From Podarcis pityusensis (lineage: Eukaryota), in NCBI GenBank assembly GCA_964106645.2, contig OZ067048.1: a stretch of DNA of 64,000 nt, one strand, 5' to 3'. Positions within the stretch are counted from its first letter, which is position 1, and every line of letters begins with the position of its first letter. Position numbers and translations under genes: made by a program. The notes beneath the pieces were generated by a model. It worked only from the letters and a program-made list of their open reading frames with translations. It searched no databases and was not told where the DNA came from. Positions 23,984 to 37,684 of the stretch are shown piece after piece.

Positions 23984-26644
23984 TCTAGTTTGGCTGATTA
24001 CATTACATAACTAGTATCCAGTATTAAGATCACTTTACTGTAATTTACTCTCTGTGGAGCCTCCTTTGAAGAGCAACCAGAACCTACAATTGGGCCAGAA
24101 TGCAGCATCCAGCCTCCTAGCTGGGGGTGGGGGGAGTGAGGCTTTCACAGGCTGCTCCTTAAAGAGCTTCCCAGTTTGTTTCAAAATCCTAAAGGCTCTG
24201 TGTTCAGAGTATCTGAAGATGCTCCTTTTACTAAATCATATGTGTTTTGAAATGCTACTGGAAATATTTCAAAATATTTATGTTTCTGTTTACACTGCAG
24301 CAGGTTATCTTCTGCCTTAATAGACAGAATTGTGCTCTTTCATTTAAATACATTTTTGTTAGCTCTGGTGACGAAAGGTAGAATATAATTTTAAAGAACA
24401 CACACATTTGTCTATCTCTATTTTCATTTCTGAAATGATGGAGGAGACTCGATATGGTAAGATCTGCTTTGATCTCATGGGGGCAGTTGAACCATATGAT
24501 ACCGTCATCACAAAATGGCAACCCGTTGTTCTCTTACACGTGCACCTGCTGCTACATTTTTGACAGACAAAAGCCTTAGGGTGTAGCCTGTGATCCTTAC
24601 CCCAGTCACTTACACCAAAGTAAGTCCCGCTGAAACCAATAGGACCTGTTTCCAAGTAAATGTGCCAAGCAGCCAACATCCTGCTGTGAATAATGAGCAG
24701 GCCTGCTATTTCTTTTTCATCTCTCCATGTTCACCAAAGAGCAAACCAGTGCTCTATAAAAATGTACAGCCTTCAGATTTGTATCCTGTGTGATTTATCA
24801 ATTTTCCCCAAACCTTTAATCTGTGCACTAACAGGATTAGTACCTTCTGAAGATAACAAGCCCTAAAGCCCTATTATCACAACCTGTCAACGTGGCTGTT
24901 ATCTTCACACACTTATTTTGAAGGGAAAAAGAGAGAGAATGTTACAGGTTACAGTTAAGGCCTAGGGGGAAATAACAGACTTGAAGGTAAACACTCTATA
25001 GGAATGGCATTTCTTCCAAAGAAGCAACATATTCATGGATTACTTTCCAGATATACATTTGCAACATATAATCTTAAAGTGCTAAATGTGTTCATTCCTC
25101 CTGAGATGAAAGAAGAAGAAATTGTGTTTCCATCGGAATAAGTCAATGTCATAATTCAAAGGCATGTCTCCATCATTTGCAAAAGGCAAAGAGACCATTG
25201 TACAGTGGCCAATGAAGTTAATCCAATTATTGCTAAGTGATTTTTTTTTTTTGCAAAAGGCAAAGCAAGAGTAAGGTTTTCATGACCCTTTTTTCTAGTT
25301 TGATGCACTCCTGACAGCTGTGCTCTGTAGAGTAGGGCACGTGGGCACCCTACATAGTCTGGAACCCTCTGCATTGGCAGGACAGATGAGGGCTGCACCT
25401 GAAGAGCGCTGCAGTCTTTGCTGCAACTGAAAGTTCCCAACGCCTAAAATGAACTCTGAGTGGACAAAGAAACCTGGTGCCAGCAGGGCTGGGCTTGAAG
25501 GATGTAATAAACACAAGACAAGCATATTGAGATCAAAACAAGCCACAGCTTTATTGATTTCAGATGGCAGTAGGTTTTGGTGTAGGCATAAGACGTGTAT
25601 CCTGAATCATCCAAGCCACTGCTGGTTGATTGCTTGGCAGGGTTGATCCTGAGTTAGGTGTTGCCCTATGACATATCTCAAATCAAGGTGACCCCTCCAA
25701 GTTCACCACCTCAGGCAGGTGCTATGGCCCATCGGCCCCCAGTCTGGGCATCCAGACAAATGAACCACCCCTGGACCCCATTAATGGGGAACCCCATATT
25801 TTGGAGGGGTGTGCCTCTCTCCCTCCTGACTAAGGATCCAACCCTTATGTACTAGCAAGTTGTGACAATTGCTATAAGGAAGAAACCCCCCCAGAAAGGG
25901 CCAATTTGCCCAGAGGAATGTTTTCATAGCAAGGCCCTAAGCATGACCGCCCTCTCAACTTTGTGCAGGGGAAAACCTGCTGTAAGGGGTGGGAGGGTGG
26001 GAGATCCAACTCTGACCTAGGCACTGCGGACAACTGTGGCCCCATTTTAAACCTGGGGAACAGACCTGGTTGAAGTCCAATGAGGAAATCTGCCTTTAGG
26101 CTCACTACCTAGGTCCCACCCATCAGGTTGGACCAGTCACAGGTAGGCGCTGTCAGCCCCCACAGCTGGTGAGGGAGGACATGATGCCCCCCACTGACCA
26201 TGTGGGAATCAGAAGCCACCTCTGCCTGGTGGCTAGCAGCCCTGAGCCGCAACTGCTGCTCCCGTTGAAAATGACATGAGAGTCCTTCTGCTTCAAATGT
26301 TGCTTGATTTGAAGTGAACATTATCTGCCATGTCTTTATGGATGAATGTAAAACTGTCTAATAATGACTGCTTCTTGGGCTGTATGTGCACCAAATTCAG
26401 TTTGCTGGTGATCAAGAAGTAATGTGACAAACTTCCTTCACAATTCTATGGATTCTGAGCTTACAAATGTCTTCCTTTCATACTTTTATAGCAATTACCA
26501 TATTTTGGGCAACATGCATCCTCTATTAAAGCCTGCTGGGTGGCCTTGATGTACCTTAACCATTCTGAAGTGCATATTGACCCCCCATTTTAGGGAAGAG
26601 GTGTACAAGTATCATATTTCAGGCTTTTTTCTACTAGCAATATA

Positions 26645-27076
26645 CCGTATTTTTCGCTCTTTAGGACGCACCGGACCATAGGACGCACCTTGTTTTAGAG
26701 GGGGAGAAAAAGAAAAAAAATTCTCCCCCTCTCTGCTCAGCGCCCCTTCAGCAAAGCAGCAGGAGAAACGGAGCCCCTTCCATTTCTCCTCCTGCTTGGC
26801 TGAAGGTCTTGCTCTCCTGGCTTCAGCAAAAGAAACCCGAAGCCTTTGGAGCACAGCACAAGTTCCCGTTGTGCTCTGGAGGCTTCAGACAGCTATCCCT
26901 GAAGCCTGGAGAGCAAGAGGGGTCGGTGTGCACCGACCCCTCTCGCTCTCCAGGCTTCAGGCTTTGCATTGCTATCGCTGAAGCCAAGGAGCCTGCATTC
27001 ACTCCATAGGATGCACACACATTTCCCCTTAATTTTTGAAGGGGAAAAAGTGCGTCCTATAGAGCGAAAAATACGG
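26645..27076. mobile_element. Tigger/pogo-like MITE
   Basis: TIRs CCGTATTTTTCGCTCT(T/A)TAGGACGCAC at both ends, TA TSD, and an internal 31-bp hairpin. Confidence 0.85.
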
Positions 27077-27113
27077 TAAGTGTCTTGTAATATAAACATT
27101 ATGGGCTACATGG

Positions 27114-27689
27114 TGTGATGGCCTGGGAATCCGATTCAGAGGGTGAACCGGAGGAATCCCAGCCTGCACAGGAGTCCCCGCCTCCAGGGCCGGCTGAACT
27201 GGGGCAGGGCCTTGATTCTGAGGCGCCTGCACCTGTGCCGGATCCTCAGGAGCAGGCACCAGGTGAATCCACTCTGGCTCCAGAGGTGGTTGAGGACTCA
27301 GTGCCTACAGGTGAGTCTCCCCCTGGGCCCAGTAACCCTTCAGCCTCTCCTGAACTGCAGAGGCTCAGGGCAGAGAGGCGAAGGGAACTGGTTTCTCCCA
27401 GGAGGAGTGCTCGCCTTAAGGCCAGGAGAGGCGGGTCTCCTGGGGGCCGGGACCGCCCCTGGCCTCAGAGAAGATAAAGGCCAGTCAGCCCGGTCCCAGG
27501 TTGTGGGAGCAACGTCGTTGTTGAGTACCTGTTCCTGCCCGGACCCAGACCTGACCCTCCATTGTTCCTGTCCCCGCCCGGCTTCCTGCTTCGGACCTCG
27601 CCCTGCTCCTTGTGAACTGTTTCCAGGCTAGTGACCCAGGACCGGACTTTGACTACGCCAACGGTAACCTTCCCCCCGGGACCAGCACA
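27114..27689. mobile_element. Solo LTR (576 bp), probably Gypsy-type
   Basis: TGTG...CACA termini, exact 5-bp TSD CATGG (27109-27113, 27690-27694), GC/CpG-rich, and no flanking internal sequence. Confidence 0.8.
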
Positions 27690-30022
27690 CATGGTTTGTA
27701 GCTCATCAGAAAGTACTCTAACAATTTAAATACCGCATGTGACTGTCAAGCAGTGAGCTCAAATATATTTATATGTTTCGTCTCTGCTCCCAAGTCTCAA
27801 AGCAGCTTAAAATAACAAAAAATGCCATATAAAGCCACCCACTTCATCAAGCAAAAGAATTGTCACAAATCGCCGTAACAACTGCTGCTTCCGAAATTAC
27901 TCCTAAAAATGCAGCAAAGGATGCTGCTATGTAATGTGGTATAGTAGACCTATCTTTGGAAGAGGTTCCAGAATCTGTGATTAACAACAGCAAAGGCTCA
28001 GCTCCAGATGTGCACAGACAATTCATATAATTCATGGAACACATATTGAAGCAAGTGCTGAGCAGTTAATCAAAACACCCATAGTGGTACCAAATGGAAA
28101 AGGTGCTACCTATGGTATAACCATTTTACAGGATTCTAATGGTAATTAAAAATAGAGGCGTAGTATTAAAATTTATTGAATTTTATTTTTAAGAGCATTT
28201 GTAGCCTGGTGCCCCAGCTGTGCTCCTGGCCCACTGTTAACACAAACATGAAATATCAACCATTTCTGCCACAAGTTGCAGGAGACTCACACTACAGAAG
28301 CACATTCAGTTTACATGGCCAGGTATGTGGTGAAACCTTCCTGGATTAGGGCTGGGTGGGACTCATCACCTATAAAGAATGTAGACAGATAAAACTATGG
28401 ATGGCTTTTATTTTATTTTTTAACTTTTTCTCTTTGTACATTTATTAATAGGACAAGTGGTGCAATTAGGTGATCTTTAACTTTGGACTTCATGGACCTC
28501 TGGAGGTCTCATCCCTTTTGGATGAAAATGTGTATTAATTCACTTTGAAATGTGGCAATGTAGCCCTGCTGCACTGGGGGCCCCTCCTAGGAACGTGGGA
28601 AACGGACTTAGGTCAGAGACCATTGCTCCATCTTGCTCAGTACTGTCTACACGGACTGGCAGCAGCTTCCCAGGATTTCAGGTAGCCCTACCTGCAGACA
28701 GTGGTGGAGGAAGGGGGTGCGGGGGGGGATGCGGTTTGCCCCAGGTGCCATGGGCTCACTTTTTAGGAGTGATGTGGCGGCTTAGGCGCCTGCAGGTTCC
28801 GTGCTGCCTAAAACTGCAGCTTGGGACTTGCGTCTGCCGACTACCTCTCCCTCAGCCGCCCTACAGCTGAGAGGGAGGTGGCGGAGAGGTTCGCCCCGCC
28901 CCCATGGGCACGGATGGCCCCCCCCCGGCTGCAGGACATGCCCCCACACCAGGCACCTGAGCAGCTAGCTCCGCCGCTGCCTGCAGGGGGCAGACATTGA
29001 TCCAGGGATTTCCGCCTGCAGCATTTGCTCTGTCCCTGAGCTTTGGCCCTTCTCCTGTTATTCTCCTGCGTGGGCCCTGGACTCCATCTCTAAAGTTCTG
29101 CCCTGCTGGCACCTCTGAACAGGACTACTATCAGCATCAAGTATGATAAACTACTGAGGTAAAACTGTTACACATTTCCTTTTGGCAAAACACAAAATCT
29201 CAGGAGAAGACTATTTTAAATCCTCTGGAACTTTCCATTTCATTGTCTCCTTATCAATGGCTAAACTATAAAGGCTACAAAGATTGACAAGTATCGTGGG
29301 GTGAGCAATTCTGCCTTCCTGACTAAATAATAGAAAAGGCTTTCAAACTTTTGGAAGCTTTTGGACAGGTCAAGGGCAGAGTACTAGCAGTTGTATTCGA
29401 AGACCTGTATGAGCCGACATCAAAACCCTGAAGGGCAGAGAGGAGATACTCCTTTAATGCCAATACTTTTAACACAATTTCAATAACCTTTCAGCAAAAA
29501 TGAGGGCTTATGAAAGAAGATCGCTGAACTTTAACATCCAAGAAGTTGCATTGATTTTAGAAGACAAACTTCATTAACCTTCCTGTGCTTGTTTTGCCAC
29601 AAATTTTCATGAATTCACTTGGCCAGTAAAATACCATGTGCTAAACATATTTTAAAAATCTAACATTAAAGTAAACATAAACCACTTATCTCATTCTAAG
29701 CTATTCAAAGGATCATTTTATTTTACACTAACTAAAAAAAACTTTTGTTGTCTAGAGGTGAGGGAAAGTGATGTGATAAAAGCATGGCTGAAAGATTCTA
29801 AAGGGATGTTGCATCCGAGAATGGGAAATGAGGCAAGAGCCAAATAATTCTGCCTTACTTGCTACTGGTGCTTGAATCCTACAGCCCTGGTGGAGTTGTG
29901 CAGCTCAGCAAGTCAGAAACAAAATCATGAACATTCAATGTGTTCACTGTGCCAGATCTACCTTGCAAGAAAAATGAAAGGCACCAGCGAGGGGAACGAG
30001 CCCTTTTTATTATATTTCAACC

Positions 30023-30201
30023 CAGTGCTCTTTTTTTCTTCTTAAAAAAATGTTTAGGGGTACTCTCATTTTGACTCAATAAAATCACCATTTTATAGTT
30101 CAAATCGGGAAAAATAAATACAGTAAATGGACAAAAGTACACTTATTCACAAAATGTTTAGGGGTATGCTTACCCCTGTGTCCACCAAGAAGAAAGCACT
30201 G
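30023..30201. mobile_element. hAT-type MITE
   Basis: CAGTGCT ... AGCACTG termini with an exact 8-bp TSD TTTCAACC (30015-30022, 30202-30209). Confidence 0.85.
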
Positions 30202-30475
30202 TTTCAACCTATAGCATATCCTGCCCTCCCTCCCATATCTCTACTGGGCCTGTGAAATGCAAGGCCTCTGAGCTAGGATTCTTTACTACCGTATTTGGTT
30301 TTCTCTCTCTTTTTTAATTGCATCAGATTCATCTAAGGAATACCCAATCTGAACATGTAATAACACAAATTCCATTTTATCACTATTGCTTTCAACATCT
30401 ACACCTGTAATCTAAAAGCTTACATGTAATATTTTAAGAGCAGTAACAAACACTGTTTCTCCATGGCGCTGTTTA

Positions 30476-30645
30476 GGCAGAGAGCCTTCTCGGTAGTGGC
30501 ACCCACCCTGTGGAACGCCCTCCCATTAGATGTCAAACAGATGTCTATGACTTTTAGAAGACATCTGAAGGCAGCCCTCTATAGGGAAGTTTTTAATGTT
30601 TGATGCTTTATGGTGTTTTTATATTTTGCTGGAAGCCGCCCAGAG
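30476..30645 (+). mobile_element. L2-clade LINE 3' fragment
   Basis: RAFSVVAPTLWNALP motif followed by TTTTAATG 3'UTR repeats and AGCCGCCCAGAG. Confidence 0.75.
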
Positions 30646-31554
30646 ACCTGTGCCCACCAACATCCTTGCAGCTGCATGTTGAGGGGATGGATGTCTGCAG
30701 CCGGGAGCTGAGTGTACTCAAGGATCTTCCATGCTACAGACACACAGCCCCAAATTGTGGTGGCTTGTCAGGTGCTCAGTAGGACCTACAAATGTGCCCT
30801 CATTATCCTCCATCCTGCCACACATAGGCTCCAACTCCTATGGGCTGAGGTGTCATCAGCCCTCTCTATGTTGTTTAACAGGGGGTTCACCCTACTCTGA
30901 AATATTGAGGGGTGGAGGAGGCCGAGTGGAGTGCTGCCTTGCGCCACCCCGCTGCTGCTGCCTTCTCCTCCCACCACAACTGTGGGTCTCTTGGGAGAAG
31001 TGACTGTGGCGATCACAGTTCAGGTGGATCTGCAAGTGGCCAGCCCTCCTACAGCCAGGGTGCTCTGCTGCAGTGCTCCGTTGCTGCCACTGTTTTCCCC
31101 TTCCACTACCACCAACTGCAGCTGCTGTGGCAAATGTATTGGCAGCTCCCACTCCAGCCACAGCCCGGCTGGCAGGAAGCTCACCTGGTCTTCCACCAAG
31201 CTCGGTGGGCTGGGCTTGGGTCCTAGCCTCCTCCTGGCTTCATATGCATGTGTGACATCACAGGTATGCGATGCTATTTCAGCCCTTGATATGTCCAAAC
31301 TGAGGCAGTCAGTTATATGGCTGCTCTTGGCCAGAGGTGTAGCTAGCTACCCAGGAGCCTGGAGCATTGCATGAGCCCTCCGCCCAGGGTGGGGCAAGCC
31401 ACCCATCGGGTGGGGCAAGCCAAGGCAGGGCGGACTACATCAAGCCTCGCCTCTGCCTCCCCCTCAGCTGTAGGGTGGCTGATGGAGAGATGCCTATGCA
31501 GACTCTCCTCCACCCACCGACTCTTTACAGAATTGTGGCCCAATACTTCTTATT

Positions 31555-31918
31555 GGGACGCGGGTGGCGCTGTGGGTAAAACCTCAGTGCCTAGGACTTG
31601 CCGATCGTATGGTCGGCGGTTCGAATCCCCGCAGCGGGGTGAGCTCCCGTCTTTCGGTCCCAGCTCCTGCCCACCTAGCAGTTCGAAAGCACCCCTAAGT
31701 GCAAGTAGATAAATAGGTACCGCTTTATAGCGGGAAGGTAAACGGCGTTTCCGTGTGCTGCGCTGGTGCTGGCTCACCAGAGCAGCTTCGTCACGCTGGC
31801 CACGTGACCCGGAAGTGTCTCCGGACAGCGCTGGCCCCCAGCCTCGTAAGTGAGATGGGCGCACAACCCTAGAGTCGGACACAACTGGCCCGTACGGGCA
31901 GGGGTACCTTTACCTTTA
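31555..31918 (+). mobile_element. Sauria SINE, full length, CpG-rich (young)
   Basis: GGGACGCGGGTGGCGCTGTGG head, GGTTCGAATCC B-box, ACCTTTACCTTT tail, and an imperfect TSD TACTT(C/A)TTATT. Confidence 0.9.
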
Positions 31919-32114
31919 CTTATTATTTATTCTTTTGCAAATTGTCCACTAGCAATATCAAACCATTTTATCACCCTTCATGTTAGTCTTTTCTCCAATA
32001 GACACCTCACCAAACATCAAAATGCCTTAGGTTTTGGGAACAGCCACGGTCTCTGTTACAGAGCAGCAAGATGCCTCTCTGTCGGGAGTGAAAAGCAGAG
32101 CGCAATGAGTTTCA

Positions 32115-32354
<240 letters not shown>

Positions 32355-32669
32355 CTAAATGCTGCTTTTGCGATGTGCAAGAAAAGTCATAAAGATAATG
32401 AAAATCATCATGAGATTCTCTTTGCATACCAACCTCAGGAGCCAGTGTGGTATCTATTTATTTTATATTAATTTCTCAAACCCTCAGTGAGTTAGAGACT
32501 TTCCCTGCATGCAAAGAAAGGTCCCAGCGGATTGAGCGGAAGAGACTAATAGTGGGTCAGGAAGGTCATGTGCCATAGAGGGAACTCCATACCCAATCAA
32601 AGTAAAAGTTAGGGAGGAACTCTGAAATAGTTCCCTCTGTAATATCATCACCACCACCATCATCAATTT

Positions 32670-32800
32670 CACAGAACTGTAGAGTTGAAAGGGGTCCTGA
32701 GGATCATCTAGTCCACCCCCTGCAATGCATGAAGATGCAGCTGTTCCATTCAGGGATCAAACCTGCAACCTTGGCATTATCAGCAGCACAGTACAACCAG
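32670..32800 (-). mobile_element. Short tRNA-derived SINE with CR1-like tail
   Basis: CR1-like CATCTAGTCCACCCC segment followed by a reverse-complement B-box (GGGATCAAACC). Confidence 0.5.
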
Positions 32801-34547
32801 CATACCCTGCCTTTTCCCCTGACTAGACTCAAGGCAGCTTGCAGATAAAAACAAGAACACTAAAAACAGAAAAAAATTAATAATTAAAATACAATTAAAC
32901 ATAATAGATTTAAATATATATACATATATAAAATCTGTTTAAAACATATCAATAATTACAATTGAAATGAAAGCTGGTACATTGCCCCCTCCCCTCCCCA
33001 CCCCATCAGGGTTGCAGCAGAAGAGATTAGGCTAATTGATCTGATACTTTTAAAACCAGTTCAAAAACAATAGGGTTAAACCTGCTTGAAGTGGGAGAGC
33101 TTCTCCTTATCTCCATGAGCTGTCTCCATGCAGCAGGGCTGAGGGGGATCATCAGCCCACAAGGCACACACAAAGGTAGCCATTAATGCTAATCACATCT
33201 AAACAGGACTGAGCCTTGGAGCAGCGCTGGCTGGCTCAACTGCCTCTGAAGGCCAGGAACTCCTTTTCTGCTCAAAGCCAGATTTGCTCCTGATCGTCTT
33301 TATGCTGGGTTTGAAATGATTGTATCAATCAGGCTAATCCAGCGCTATGGCCATCATGAATCACAGCAGCATCAGGATGGGAATTGTTTCAATTCTGATG
33401 GTGCTGGCAGATGGCAAAATGTAAATTTTAAAGGAAGGGCATGTTTTGTGCATGTTCTGTCCTCCTCAGCATCTCCAATGAGGATCCTTGAGAATGGCTG
33501 CCAGGCAACTTCCATGGATCACTGGTCAATATAAAACACCTTTATTCAAAGTGTTTTGGGGGTTTGGCTAGAAAATAATGTTATCGTTTTCAAAGAGAGT
33601 GAATCCATATATTTATCATAATAGTTGGACAGACTTGAAACTCTTGCTTAGCAATGCAGTCCTAGGCAAAAGGAAGTCTCAGGCAAGTGCAGACAGCAGC
33701 CTCCCACAACCTGGTGATCTCTGGATGTTTTGGGCTACGACTGCCATGAACCCCAGCGAGCTTGGGCAATGGTCCATAGGTGGGAGCTGCAGTCCAGAAT
33801 TCCTGGAGGGTGTCTAAGACGGCAGCCTAAGTCTCTGTTCTAAGCTTGAGCTGGATGGTACTGAAATCCTTTTTGATGCACCTAAACATATTTTCTTTGT
33901 CCATATGATCACTAGGGAGGTGAGGAGGCCCCGCCTGCCCTGTGTCCATCACAGGCTGCACAGCTTCTATTCTGCTGGGTGTCTGACAGAAAACACATTA
34001 TTTGTCTCACTATTTGCTATGGTGACATTTACATAATTACTTGCACAATTAATCAGTTTATTATTATATGACTCCACAACATTCATTTCAGTGAATGAAA
34101 ATTGGCTATTCCACAATGCAAATTGGAAAAAATGTCCTCAGGTATATATCGTTATGTAGCATTTGGAGACACAAACAGTTGCAGAAAATACCACTCATAT
34201 ATGCTGGATTGATTCCCATTCTGGACATTGGATGAATAAGCAAACATTGACAGTTTCCGATGTCTTTTCTGTTTTCGTCAGAATTTTTTGACATCACTAA
34301 TGATCATTAATAAAGCCTTACATATTTTAAAATGTATTTCACATACCTCTTTGGGCTAATTGTGAGGAAGTGCATATAGCTAGCTGTACAGGGACTTTTA
34401 ATGTGGAACCTGCTGCTTCCTCCACTTATTCATATAAAGGCCTGGTTCACACGACTTTGATTGTGTGGACTCCCAGAGAAGAGCTCACAAAAATCTTCCC
34501 CGGTTCCTTTTGCTCCAATACTGTGCTGAGCTAAGCCACTGAGCTGA

Positions 34548-34682
34548 CAGACCCTCTGTGTCCCTATTTTCCAGGGACGTCTCTGATTTGGAGAAGTTGT
34601 CCCAGTTTCTTATTTGATCCCAGAATGTCCTACTTTTCCTTAGGATGTCCCTATTTTCATCGGAGAAATGTTGGAGGGTATG
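34548..34682. mobile_element. Short MITE, same family as 1215-1349
   Basis: CAGACCCTC ... GGAGGGTATG termini and internal GTCCC repeats. Confidence 0.65.
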
Positions 34683-35045
34683 AGCTGAGCATGTCTCCAG
34701 ATTTGGTTTTGTGATTAAGCTCTCTCCTCATGAATAACAACCTGCAGCCTGAAAGTTCCCTGACAGAATTTATTTCACGTTAACTAGGAGAAAGTGGAAG
34801 ATCCATGTAAATTTAAAACATTTTTAATTAGGAAACTTCTATACTGAACTATCAGTGTTTAGTTCAAATAGTTGCTAGTACAGATAATTCCAAAATTCAA
34901 ACACAGCAGCATTTAGAGTATAATTTCATTGCTAAGTCAAGAAGGCAACGTCAAGAAGGCGATATTTTGTACAAAATATTGGTCCTTATTGAAAGCATAT
35001 ATGACAGCTCATAATTATAGAATTGACGAAAACTAGCACAGAGTA

Positions 35046-35050
<5 letters not shown>

Positions 35051-35104
<54 letters not shown>
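35051..35104. repeat. Compound (CT)16(CA)11 microsatellite next to the exon donor
   Basis: Direct read. Confidence 0.95.
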
Positions 35105-35109
35105 TCTCA

Positions 35110-35217
<108 letters not shown>

Positions 35218-37684
35218 TTAGTGCATGCTTGACAATACAATTTTCTCTCTTTCTTCCTTAATTTTGCATCATGGAAGAGACAGATGGACAAGCCCTTTTC
35301 CTGCCTAGCCATAACAAGTGACTGTGAAATTGTATCCTACACTGATGTAAGTTCTCAAACCTTTCATATAGTTTGGTTTTAATGAGCTCACATTATCAAG
35401 CTACTCCCATTCCCCTTGAGAGGGTGCTCCACAGATTTCACCCTGAATTTACTTATCATGACATTAAGTCAGACTTCTCCTTTTGTTAATTATACCTCAT
35501 GAAAATCCATTCTTCTCCTCTACAAATTAGTCTTTCGCTTCTCATCAGCCTTCTAATAATTTTGCAGGCAGTGATCTTGACCTCTCCCACACCCTTGGAT
35601 AATGTACTGTGTAATAACAAGTCCTCAATTGCTCTTGACACGGTGCAGTTCATATCATATGATCACAAATACAAACCGTAGTTATCTAAAATTTTCATGA
35701 AACTCCATATGACTGATAGAGGCAACAAGGCATTCATTGTTTCCATAAGCATATACAGATTGGTGCATCCAAACAGCAAGACTGTCTGCATTTTGAAAGC
35801 TAGGGAGATCCCATTTCCCCCATCCTTTATTTCTCAATAAGTAACAGATCACATATTGGTTTTCAATGTGGTAAACGCCTCATTTTACCACATAATCACA
35901 TAGTCAATGTTATATATCTGGCCATAAAGTAATTCATGTGAACCACACAGCTATGGTGAACTTATTTCTTTATTTCAGCCAATTACCAGTATTTATGGTG
36001 AACATAGTTTTAGTAAGAGAGTAAAACAGGAAGTAACTCTATAAAGTAAGGGACAATTTAAACCATGGGTGGAGAAACTGAACTACAGCCCCACCCCAAA
36101 CCATTGGTCATACTAGCTGAGGGTGATGGGAGCTGGTCCTGCAACTTCCAGTGGGCCACAGATTTGAAGGAAAGTTGTGAATGTATGGAACTGTCTCCAG
36201 ATTTTTGGGTGGGGAAAAATATGCAGTGAGGTGAAAAGGCTCACCACGTACAGATTTCACCATGCCAATAAGTTATATACATGTCAGCTCTAAGGACTGT
36301 CAGTTGAACACATTCAGAGATATGGATCAAGAACCCTTCTGTATGTAAGAAAGGAATCTCAAGATGCCCTGCTTTACAGTCAAGCAAACTGACTGTTCTA
36401 CAAAAAGTGCACATAAAAAAGCTAATTATGTTTTACAAAATACATCACAATTTAAGCAAGATGTATGATGAGAGTTTATGACTAAGTAAAATTATTTAGC
36501 AGTGATTACTTTGGGGCTATTCAATATGCCACAGCCACAAATGATTTATATGAAGATGTTGTATAGAAATGAACAATTTCACTACAAACTTGTTCATGCA
36601 ACACATGTTCCAGGCATCAGAAATACTCTTGGGATGCAGCTTTTGTAGAGTATTGTGCAAATGGGTAGATCAAGCTCTAGCACATTGCATCTAGGAGCAG
36701 AAAGTCTGTTTCCTCCAGAGAAGCAACAGAGGGAAGTGTGTGGATACAGAATGGAGCCCTGGTAATCTCTGTGGTCCAGCAGCTTCTGCAAGAGCTCTTG
36801 GAACATGCTTTTCAAACTGCACCATGCATGGATTGAGACACCAAAAATGCCTGATAACATGATATATGATATGTTTCAAGAACTGCTACTTTGGGGAGCT
36901 GAGCTGAGAATTTCTGAAAAACATGTAATTTTTGTAAAACGCTTACAATTTATTTATTTTTTAAGCACACAAACCCAGAACATTTGTTCATATGCCTGCT
37001 GAGAGTATCATGTTGAGATGCAAAGAACGGTACAACTAGGTTAATGCTTGCAAGGGAGTGTTAGGCTTGCGTTTCTTACGCAGCAGCCTCACTTGTGATA
37101 TCACAAGCAGCTTTGGCAATGGCAGAACTTTCAAAAGCAGATTGTGATCTGGCTTTTGGGAAATAGGAAGGTGAAGGCTGATGACCAGAGGACAGAGAAT
37201 CAAACGTACCTCTGGGTGTGGCCAAACCCTTGGGTGTACTTAAATAAATTATCAAAATTTTGGATTGCAGTAATTTATTCTGTATTGCTTTAATCTGTCC
37301 AGATTATCTCCACTACACAGCACTAACATAGGAGTACCAATGCATGGGTTTGTTTGTTTTTTAAAAAAGAATGAATGACAAATGCCAGAAAAGCTACCTA
37401 CTCCAATCACAACGCATCACCATTTTGTGAAGATTTTCTATGTTTATCTTTTTTAAAAATAAACCAGACACTGAATGGGCACTCCTACATTCCTGCTCTG
37501 GAGCACACATCTAGCCACAATTCTTCTGCAGTTTTTCATTTTAAAAAAAGAATGAATGACACAGTATCATGGCTATACTGAAGCCACGCCACTCTCCTCC
37601 CCAGTCTGTGAGATAGGTTTATCACTTTGACTAATTCTGTGAAAGGAAACAGAAACTGACCATGCAATATGAAACATGCACATA

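Noticed and set aside
28550-29112. CpG-containing GC-rich block, possible promoter or exon
   Set aside because: No recognisable protein, termini or TSD; most likely an unclassified TE fragment and cannot be supported further.
31555-31640. tRNA-like A/B boxes
   Set aside because: Head of a Sauria SINE, not a tRNA gene.
30731-31712. Dense overlapping ORFs (up to 147 aa) in a GC-rich block
   Set aside because: Low-complexity Ala/Cys/Pro-rich translations with no domain or splice logic, overlapping repeat-like DNA and a SINE.
37359-37561. Direct repeat TTTTAAAAAA(A)GAATGAATGACA ~180 bp apart, and similar short repeats such as TTTGCAAAAGGCAAAG at ~25176 and ~25250
   Set aside because: Only two low-complexity copies each; no array or CRISPR-like periodicity; most likely old local duplications.
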